From the NCBI GenBank assembly GCA_963815115.1, contig CAWFFN010000005.1, positions 1,504,001 to 1,568,000 on the forward strand: DNA of 64,000 nt. Direction: 5' to 3'. A program made the translations under genes and the position numbers. Of the stretch, positions 52,148 through 59,786 are shown piece by piece. The stretch is from an uncultured delta proteobacterium (GTDB lineage: Bacteria; Desulfobacterota; Binatia; DP-6). Below the pieces are notes generated by a model that had not been told where the DNA came from, did not search any database, and saw only the letters and a list, made by a program, of their open reading frames with translations. The stretch's first letter is position 1. Each line of letters begins with the position of its first letter.

Positions 52148-52735
52148 CTACATGGCCACGACGGCGCACACCGCGCGCATCTCGAGCACGCCGGTGAAGT
52201 CGAATTGCGTGCTCCCATTGAAGAGCTGCACCTCCCAGCCCGTGCCGTCCGCCGCCGGCTCGCTGACCACCACGCGCACGTCCCGCAGGATACCCTTGTC
52301 GGTGCCGGCGAGGTTCGATCCACCGCCGACCACCTGCTTCCCCGGCGGGCAGGAGAGCGTGATGACGTTGCTCAGGCCGGATGGGGTTCCGCTGTTGTTG
52401 ACGAAAACGTCCTGGCTCGACGTGACGATCTCGTAGCCCGAGAGGCCGGGAGCCCCCGCCTGGCCCCTCGGACCCGGCAGGCCGAACTCCCCCGTTGGCC
52501 CCGTCGGTCCCCTCGACCCTGTGGGCCCCGTGACGCCGGGTTCTCCGGTCGGTCCCACCAACCCCAGCGCCGTGGGATCGACCTGGGTCTGCTTCTTCTT
52601 GCACTGGGGGAACACCTGGAGGGACCCCTTGCCCTTCTTCGGCAGGCAGAGAACCTCCGCGTGTAGGGGCGAGGCGAACACCCCGATGACCAGAGCGATG
52701 AGGAGCGTCAGCGCGGCGCGATGTCCGTTCGACAT
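52148..52735 (-). CDS. Secreted short collagen-like protein
   Basis: Signal peptide, CLPKKGKG...CKKKQ knob, about 12 Gly-X-Y triplets, [11 protein letters not shown]...AVCA head. Confidence 0.88.
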   Translation of the reverse strand: MSNGHRAALTLLIALVIGVFASPLHAEVLCLPKKGKGSLQVFPQCKKKQTQVDPTALGLVGPTGEPGVTGPTGSRGPTGPTGEFGLPGPRGQAGAPGLSGYEIVTSSQDVFVNNSGTPSGLSNVITLSCPPGKQVVGGGSNLAGTDKGILRDVRVVVSEPAADGTGWEVQLFNGSTQFDFTGVLEMRAVCAVVAM

Positions 52736-52791
52736 GACGGCGCTGGTACCACGAAGGCGGCTGAACTGGCGAACGATGGCCTCGATCCCGT

Positions 52792-52826
52792 GAGAGCGAC
52801 CCGAGACGAAGTCTCGGGTCGCCCTC
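52792..52826. repeat. Strong hairpin with C-GAA-G loop (terminator or REP-like)
   Basis: GAGAGCGACCCGAGAC-GAA-GTCTCGGGTCGCCCTC. Confidence 0.6.
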
Positions 52827-52829
52827 CTA

Positions 52830-52960
52830 CGGGACCGTCGTGGCGACCGACGGCGGCGATCCGGTCTCCACGCACCACCACGTCGGCCTCGTAGGGTGGC
52901 CGGCCGCTGCCGTCGACGATCGTGCCATTGCGGATGACGAGGTCGGGCTGGTCGTTCAGG
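52830..52960 (-). pseudogene. N-terminal fragment of an N-acyl-D-amino-acid deacylase/amidohydrolase
   Basis: Manual translation gives [33 protein letters not shown]; GAGGAG RBS; homology stops near the hairpin. Confidence 0.7.
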
Positions 52961-53672
52961 TTCGACTCCTCATCGGCACTCGACCGCCACGCTGTCGGCG
53001 GCTACCAGCATGCTCGGATGTGCGTGCAGAGTCCCGCGGCACAGCGAAGCGCTCCCAGAAGAGACAGCCGTCCACCGGCCGCCGCTCGGGTCTGGAATAG
53101 CGACCACGTGGCCAGCCGATCGGGATGAGGGCGCAGGTCGGACACTGCTCGGGCAATCCGAGCCAGGCGTCCACCTCGCGTCCGACGGCGTGCAGCTGGG
53201 TGAGCGACGCCCCCAGCCCGACGGCGCGACACGCGAGCAGGACGTTCTGCACCGCCGGAAAGAGCGCCTGGAGCTGTGGCGCTCCGCGCCGCATCCACCC
53301 GGCGACGAAGAGGTGCACCGGCGCTTCGTGCAGGTGGTCGGCGAGCCAGATCGCCGCGCGCATGTTCCTTCGCTTCGCCTCGGGGTAGGCCGGGTCCTTC
53401 GCCGCCTCGAGCGCGGGCGCAATGTAGCGATGGAACAGCGGCCGGTAGCGGTCGGCCACCCATTGCCTGCGCTCCTCATCCGTGACGGCGACGAAGATCC
53501 ACGGCTGGCGGTTGCCGCCGCTGGGCGCGAATGTCCCGGCCTCGCACACCTTCCTGATCAGCTCCGGCGGCATCGGGTCCGGGAGCAGCCGGCGCAGCGC
53601 GCGCGTGGTGCGGAGGCCGTCCAGCAGCGGCACGTCCTCCCCGATGGTCTGAATGTCGAATGCGGGTGTCAC
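52956..53672 (-). CDS. Nitroreductase family protein
   Basis: [30 protein letters not shown]. Confidence 0.88.
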   Translation of the reverse strand: MTPAFDIQTIGEDVPLLDGLRTTRALRRLLPDPMPPELIRKVCEAGTFAPSGGNRQPWIFVAVTDEERRQWVADRYRPLFHRYIAPALEAAKDPAYPEAKRRNMRAAIWLADHLHEAPVHLFVAGWMRRGAPQLQALFPAVQNVLLACRAVGLGASLTQLHAVGREVDAWLGLPEQCPTCALIPIGWPRGRYSRPERRPVDGCLFWERFAVPRDSARTSEHAGSRRQRGGRVPMRSRT

Positions 53673-53728
53673 GGCCGGTACCCTGGCCTCGATCTGACTG
53701 GCCGCGCAAGGCCTCGAATCTTCGCGGA

Positions 53729-53996
53729 TCATCCCGCACGCGGTGGGGCGGTACAGCGCTCGCGCGCCTGTCGGCGCGTCGTCCGGCAGACAGCGGCAGC
53801 GAACGCGACGCTGCCGCATCGCCCGCGCAGGGGGTCGAGCGGGTCGTCGCCGGTCACCTGAAGCTCGAGCGGACCGGCGGGGGTCGCGAGCTTCACGCCG
53901 CGCGCGTCGAGGCTCACGGCGAGGCGGCCGCCACTCGCGGGCGCCATGCGCGCGCGGCAGTCGGCCGCGGTGCAGGCGAAGAGCACGCTTCCAACA
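53729..53996 (-). pseudogene. 3' fragment of a Cys-containing (secreted-type) protein
   Basis: FACTAADC...LDARGVKL...RCGSVAF...CR; no plausible 5' end. Confidence 0.4.
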
Positions 53997-54648
53997 CGCA
54001 ACCGTGGCAGAAGCCGTGGACGACCTGAAGAAGGAGTCCTTCGACGTCGTGCCGGTGATGACGCCGGACGGCCACCAGGGGACCGTGCACCTGGCGATCT
54101 CCGACCCGTCGGGCGACTCCGCCATCTTCGAGTATGTGGACGGCAAGCTCGTCATCCACCACGGCCGACAGTACCAGGTCATGACCAATTCTCCCATCTA
54201 CGACCAGCAGCTTGCGCTCGATGGCTACTGGCAGCAGATCGGTGGCACGACGATGCTGCCGGGCACGAACCGAGCCGCCGATCGGTTCGTTCGGGCCTCG
54301 TTCTACATCAATGCCGTTCCCAAGACCGCGAACATGAACGAGGCCATCGCCAGCGCCTTCTCCGTGATCCGCAACGTGTCCGTGCCGCTGGGAATATCGA
54401 CGCCCGGCCAGCCCAACATCTCGTCGACGATCTGGCGCACGGTGTCCGACCACAAGACCAGGCGCTACTTCTTCGAGTCGGCTCGTAGTCCGAACGTGTT
54501 CTGGGTAGCGCTCGGCGACCTGGATTTCACGACCGGCCGTCCGACGAGGAAGCTCGCCCTCACCGGAGGCGAGGTCTATGCGGGCAATGCCGCGGCGCAG
54601 TTCCAGCCGGCGGAGCCCTTCGCGTACCTCCAGGCAGCTGCGAACTAG
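53997..54648 (+). pseudogene. 5'-truncated linear amide C-N hydrolase (choloylglycine hydrolase family)
   Basis: ATVAEAV, HLAISDPSGDSAIFEY, VMTNSP, LPGTNRAADRFVRA, STIWRT; the N-terminal catalytic Cys region is absent. Confidence 0.85.
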
Positions 54649-54725
54649 GCGAGCCGCCGGGCGGCGGGCTCGAGCTGCGGCGGTGCTGGCAGGCGTGCTG
54701 TACCCCGCCCGCCACCGGGAACCGC

Positions 54726-55625
54726 TCAGGCTCGCCCCTGAGGAAAGCGCCGCTCGAGCCCCTCGATCTCGCCGAGGCCGACGGCGTCCGTGAACTGCGC
54801 GAAGGTCGGTAGCTTTTCGAGGCGGCCGGCCGGAGTGCCATGCGCCCGGACGTACGCGAGGTGCTCGCGCAGTCCGGCCATCATGGACAGCACCGAGCCG
54901 ATGGGAAAGAGCACGAGCGCAAAACCCAGCTGGCGGATCCGGTCGATGCCGATCGAAGGGGTGCGACCATGCTCGACCCAGTTCAGCAGCACCGCGTGAC
55001 GGTCGAGCTCGGTGGCGATCCTCTCGATTTCCCCTTCCGTGGTCGGCGCCTCGACCCACAGCATGTCGGCGCCCGCGTCGGCATAGCGCCGGGCGCGGTC
55101 GATCGCGGCGTCGACGCCTTCGAGCGCCAGGGCATCGGTACGGGCAATCAACACGAAGTCGGGATCGGTCCGGGCGGCGACAGCGGCGCGCAGCTTCGCA
55201 AGCATGTCCTCCACCGGCACGACACTCTTGCCGGACATGTGGCCGCACCTCTTGGGGATCACCTGATCCTCGAGGTGGATGGCCGCGACGCCGGCCTGCT
55301 CGTAGTCGCGCACCGTACGGATGGCGTTGATGGGGTTGCCGTAGCCGGTGTCGGCGTCGGCGATCACCGGCAGATCGACGGCCTGAACGATGCGCCGGGC
55401 GTTGTCGATCATCTCGGACCCGCCGAGCAGGCCGACGTCCGGACGCCCGAGCAGTGAGGCGGTGGTTGCGAAACCGCCCATGTAGACTGCCTCGAATCCC
55501 GCCTGCTCCACCAGCCGGGCCGAGAGCGCATCGTGACTTCCGGGCGCGAGGACCGGCCGGTTCGCGACGAGCAGGTCGCGGAGCCGCCGGCGATGGTTCC
55601 CGGAACGTTTCAAGAAGTCCGCCAT
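54726..55625 (-). CDS. Isocitrate lyase / PEP mutase family enzyme (PrpB/dimethylmalate lyase-like)
   Basis: DADTGYG, IHLEDQ, KRCGH, ARTDA. Confidence 0.92.
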   Translation of the reverse strand: MADFLKRSGNHRRRLRDLLVANRPVLAPGSHDALSARLVEQAGFEAVYMGGFATTASLLGRPDVGLLGGSEMIDNARRIVQAVDLPVIADADTGYGNPINAIRTVRDYEQAGVAAIHLEDQVIPKRCGHMSGKSVVPVEDMLAKLRAAVAARTDPDFVLIARTDALALEGVDAAIDRARRYADAGADMLWVEAPTTEGEIERIATELDRHAVLLNWVEHGRTPSIGIDRIRQLGFALVLFPIGSVLSMMAGLREHLAYVRAHGTPAGRLEKLPTFAQFTDAVGLGEIEGLERRFPQGRA

Positions 55626-55850
55626 GGCGAGTTGCCTCCTCGGGGTCAGCAGGTTTCATATGAGAAGGCCCATCATCAACCCCGGCGCTGATCCCATCGG
55701 AGTGAGCGCGACCAGGCCGAGTATATGTCGTGTCGCGGCTGCAGCGAGGCCCTTACCGATCGGCAGGTCCAAGCGAGAAGATCTCCTGGCCCCTATCGTC
55801 CCGGCTCTGCCGCGGGCGGAGTTACTCCAAGAAATCCGAACGGAGTTGGA

Positions 55851-56504
55851 CTAGGGCCGGAGACGTCGGTCTGCCGCGGCAAAGTGCGCCATCTGGTCTG
55901 CGTGCGCCTTCTCAAAGGACGGGCGGCCCGCGGCGCGCGCGACATAGGCGCGACAGGCGGGATATTTCGCCAGTCCGTCGAACCGATCCACAAGGCGCAG
56001 CACATCCGCCATGAGGATGTCGGCAACGGAGAAGCTCCCGGCCAACCATTCGCGTCCGGCCAATATCGGCTCCATGCGCTGGAGCCGAGCGTTCAGGAAG
56101 TCATCAAAGCGCTTCCACCCCGGGGTATCGCCGGTATCACCAGAGAACTGGAACAAGGACCAGGGTAGGCTCGCCATCTCGACGGAATTGAGCGCCGCGA
56201 ACAGCCATTCAATGACCTCGCCGCGACAGCGCGTATCGGTAGGCATCAGCGCATCACTGAGCTCACCCAGATGAAGTAGGATCGCGCCGCTCTCGAAGAT
56301 CGAGATGTCGCCATCGGTCAACCACGGCACCTGACCGAAGGGTTGGTGCGCGAAGTGCTCGGCATTCCGATCGCCAAATGGCACGCTCTGGACGCGATAC
56401 GTCAACCCGGCCTCTTCCAGCGCCCAACGCACACGCAAGTCACGCACATAGCCCCGCGGCGCGTCGGGAACCCAATCGAAGGTGGTCAGAATTAGGTCGC
56501 CCAT
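55851..56504 (-). CDS. Glutathione S-transferase
   Basis: RGYVRDLRVRWALEEAG, QPFGQVP, FESGAIL. Confidence 0.92.
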   Translation of the reverse strand: MGDLILTTFDWVPDAPRGYVRDLRVRWALEEAGLTYRVQSVPFGDRNAEHFAHQPFGQVPWLTDGDISIFESGAILLHLGELSDALMPTDTRCRGEVIEWLFAALNSVEMASLPWSLFQFSGDTGDTPGWKRFDDFLNARLQRMEPILAGREWLAGSFSVADILMADVLRLVDRFDGLAKYPACRAYVARAAGRPSFEKAHADQMAHFAAADRRLRP

Positions 56505-56520
56505 TCGGCGTCTCCATTGA

Positions 56521-56905
56521 CCGACATTTCCCAAATGGACGGGCCCCATCTCCGTCCCTGGGCTTGGATAGCGCGCGAGCGACCTCGCAGGCAAGGGTCT
56601 TCTGGCGTCGTGACGCCCGCCACGGGGATCCGGGACGCCTCCGAGCACCGTCTTTTCCTGACCGGGGCACCCCGAGGATGGACACCGGGCGCAGTTCGAC
56701 CCCCGGCTGCCCTCCGTTCTCCCTCCGATCGTCAGCATGGGGCTAGGTCTGGCGGAGATAGCCTCGCGATCTGATCCAGGATGCGGCCGAACAGCTCGCG
56801 CGAGGGACGGCGTTCGCGCGGAAGGTCGTGCACGACAGCCGCGTCCACTTGACCGCGTGGAATTCGAGCTTCAGCCGGCGGTCGAAGGCGACCCGCAGCC
56901 CCGGA
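56521..56905 (-). mobile_element. Internally deleted IS1380 copy with intact right end
   Basis: IR CCGACATTTCCCAAATG at 56521; 3' UTR and three joined transposase pieces match the element at 57757-59414. Confidence 0.9.
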
Positions 56906-57044
56906 CCTGCGATCCGAGCCTGCGCCTCTCGTCGCACCAGGGGCGCAGATACCGCCCGCATCTCGGCAGGTGCCGACATGCCGGCCGACGGGCGGTGGAT
57001 GCGGCCGGCAAGCCGCGTGAATACCCGCGCGTTGCCGCGGCGGC

Positions 57045-57701
57045 TCAGCCGGCTCGCCGACGCAGCCCGCGTTGCCTCATGCGCCAGACGAGGAGATCGA
57101 GGCGGTCCTGGCCGAAGAAGGGCTCGCCCTCGAAGACCATCGTGGGCACGCCCCAGTGACCGGCAGCTTCGAGCGCGTGCTGGTTCTCCGCGACGACACG
57201 GTCATGGCGGGCGGGATCGGCCGCGATCGCCGTCTCGAGCTCCTTCAGGTCGAGCCCGGCGCGCGCCGCGGCCTCGGCGAGATGCGGCCCCTCGTGCCAG
57301 CCGATGACCTTGCCGCCCCAGATGACTGCCGAGACCTCGGCCACGAAGGGGAGGGCACGCCCGCGCTCGGCCGCGGCCACGCCCAGGCGGGCCAGCCGGT
57401 GGATGTAGGGCTGCTCCGCCGCGATCTTCCCCGACGAGAACTCCTGCACGATCGGGTCGGGCCGCGGCCAGGCGTACGGAATCCCCGCATATTCGGCGAT
57501 CCGCGTCGTGTCGCGTAGAAGGTAGGGCGGCCAAAGCGGGTTCACCGTGGTGAAGAAGCCCGGAATGCGGACGGCGATCGGCAGCACCACCCGGACGCTG
57601 ACCTCGACCTCGTACTCGGCCGCGAGGCGTACGAGCCGGGGCGTGGCGAGATACGAGTACGGAGAGCGAAAGGACCAGAACACGTCGACGGCAAGTGGCA
57701 T
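57045..57701 (-). CDS. DsbA family / 2-hydroxychromene-2-carboxylate isomerase (kappa GST)
   Basis: SFRSPYSYL, WGVPT, FFGQDRL. Confidence 0.92.
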   Translation of the reverse strand: MPLAVDVFWSFRSPYSYLATPRLVRLAAEYEVEVSVRVVLPIAVRIPGFFTTVNPLWPPYLLRDTTRIAEYAGIPYAWPRPDPIVQEFSSGKIAAEQPYIHRLARLGVAAAERGRALPFVAEVSAVIWGGKVIGWHEGPHLAEAAARAGLDLKELETAIAADPARHDRVVAENQHALEAAGHWGVPTMVFEGEPFFGQDRLDLLVWRMRQRGLRRRAG

Positions 57702-57756
57702 GGATGGCTGCTACAACGGGAGAAGCTGCCGCGACAAGATCACGCCCCCATCTGAA

Positions 57757-59414
57757 CCCGCATTTCCCAGATGACCGCGTCGCGCGATGACGCTGGCGGG
57801 TGAATCGGCTATGAACGGCGCGGGTTGCGTGGCCATCGAGGAGGCGGCGGATGGACGAGGCGACGGGTGAAGCGGAAGGGAACGGGTTGCGGGTCGCGTT
57901 CGACCGTCGGCTGAAACTCGAATTCCACGGCGCGACCGTCACCTCCGATGCCGGGCTACTCGCGTTTCGCGAACTCGACGACGCCCTCGGCCTCACCGCG
58001 ATGGCGGCCGAGATGCTCGCCGACCCCCGCACCGGGCGCAACGGGCGCCACAGCCTGATCGCTCAGCTTCGTCAGTCGGTGTTCGGCCGCCTCGCGGGCT
58101 ACGAGGACGTGAACGACGCCGACCGCCTCGGGCGCGATCCCGCGATGCGCTGGATCGTCGGCGGGCGTGCGGTGACGGAGTCGGCGGCGTCCACGAGCCA
58201 GATGGGTCGCTTCGAGACGAGCGCGATGATCTCGACGGCGAACCTGACGGCGTTGACTGATCTCTCGGGGCGCTGGATCGACCGCGCCCAAGCTCGGCGT
58301 GGCCGGACGGCGCTCGTGCTCGACATCGACAGCAGCGTGAGCCCGACCTACGGCGCGCAAGAGGGCACGGCCTACAACGGCCACTTCGCGTGCACCTGTT
58401 ATCACCCGCTCTTCGTGTTTAACCAGGACAGCGATCTCGAACGGTGCGCGCTGCGGCCGGGCAACGTGCACAGCGCCCACGGCTGGCGCGACGTGCTCGA
58501 CCCGGTGGTGACGCGGTATCGTGGCCGGGCGCTCCGGCGCTTGCTGCGCGGCGATGCGGCCTTCGCGCTCCCGGACGTGTACGAGTACCTCGAAACGGAA
58601 GGCTTCCACTACGCGATTCGCCTGCCCGCCAACCAGGTCCTCCAAGCGCAGATCAGCCATCTGCTCAGGCGCCCGGTGGGCCGGCCCCCGCACTACGTCC
58701 GACGCTTCTACGCGAGCTTCCGCTATCAGGCGCAGAGCTGGAGCCGGCCGCGTCGGGTGGTGGCGAAGGTCGAGTGGCATCCCGGTGAGCTGTACCCGCG
58801 CGTCGGCTTCATCGTGACGAACCTGCGTCGTCCGGCCAAGAAGGTCGTCGCCTTCTACAACGGGCGCGGGACGGCCGAGCAATGGATCAAGGAGGGAAAG
58901 CACGCGGTCAAGTGGACGCGGCCGTCGTGCACCACCTTCCGCGCCAACGCGGTCGGTCTCCAACTCCACGCGCTGGCGTACAACCTGGCCAACTTCCTCC
59001 GTACCCTGGCGCTCCCGGACGAGATCGCGCAGTGGTCCCTAACCACGCTGCGGGAGAAGGTCGTCAAGATCGGCGCGAAGGTGATCTCGCACGGCCGCTA
59101 CCTCGTCTTCCAGATGGCCGAGGTGGCGGTGCCGCGTGAGCTGTTCGGCCGCCTCCTCGGACTGATCGCGAGGCTGCGGCCACCAGAGCCGGCCCCATGC
59201 TGACGCTGGAAGGGTGTCCCGGAGGGCCGCCGGGGGTCGAGCTGCGCCCGGAGTGCGTCCTCGGGGAGCCGCAGTCAGGCCGGCCGGCGCTCGGAGGCCT
59301 CCCGGACTCCCGTGGCGGGCGCCACGACAGAAGAAAACCCTTGCCCGCGAGGTCACAAGGCCGGTATCCAAGCCCAGGGACACGGATGGGCCCCGTCCAT
59401 CTGGGAAATGTCGG
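57757..59414 (+). mobile_element. IS1380 family insertion sequence, complete
   Basis: 17-bp IRs CCCGCATTTCCCAGATG / CATCTGGGAAATGTCGG (15/17 match) flank the transposase. Confidence 0.92.
57851..59203 (+). CDS. IS1380 family DDE transposase
   Basis: TSDAGLL, GYEDVND, LDIDS, RGDAAF, YNGRGTAEQWIKEGK. Confidence 0.96.
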   Translation: MDEATGEAEGNGLRVAFDRRLKLEFHGATVTSDAGLLAFRELDDALGLTAMAAEMLADPRTGRNGRHSLIAQLRQSVFGRLAGYEDVNDADRLGRDPAMRWIVGGRAVTESAASTSQMGRFETSAMISTANLTALTDLSGRWIDRAQARRGRTALVLDIDSSVSPTYGAQEGTAYNGHFACTCYHPLFVFNQDSDLERCALRPGNVHSAHGWRDVLDPVVTRYRGRALRRLLRGDAAFALPDVYEYLETEGFHYAIRLPANQVLQAQISHLLRRPVGRPPHYVRRFYASFRYQAQSWSRPRRVVAKVEWHPGELYPRVGFIVTNLRRPAKKVVAFYNGRGTAEQWIKEGKHAVKWTRPSCTTFRANAVGLQLHALAYNLANFLRTLALPDEIAQWSLTTLREKVVKIGAKVISHGRYLVFQMAEVAVPRELFGRLLGLIARLRPPEPAPC

Positions 59415-59697
59415 ACAAATAGTCGAAACCGGATTCGAGCTCGAACCGATCAAAGACAACCAGCATCTCGACCGTTCCGGGATCAGCGTTGACCTGCCAG
59501 AGCCGGAAGAAGCGGTCGGCGTAGGGATGCGCGCTCTCGACGGTCTCGATGAGCCGCCAGTTGCCGGTCGTGCGAAGCGCGGACTCTGCGGCTTCGAACG
59601 TCTTGCCGTCGGTGGCGAGATCCGGCTTCCCCTTGTCCGGTCCACACGAGGCGGCCAACACGATCATTCCCAAAAGCGTCAGTTTGTTCGGATGCAT
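59415..59697 (-). pseudogene. Lipoprotein gene interrupted at the IS1380 right end
   Basis: Lipobox-like LAASC; the frame runs into the IS IR without its own stop. Confidence 0.6.
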
Positions 59698-59786
59698 TAT
59701 AGCTTGCGGTGCGCCGACAAACCACGTCCGGGGAGGACTGTCATCCCCATTCTTACGAAGGGCCCCGGTGTGGTAACCGATGGGCC

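Noticed and set aside
59700-59786. T-box riboswitch upstream of valS
   Set aside because: The leader is under 90 bp with no T-box consensus or terminator.
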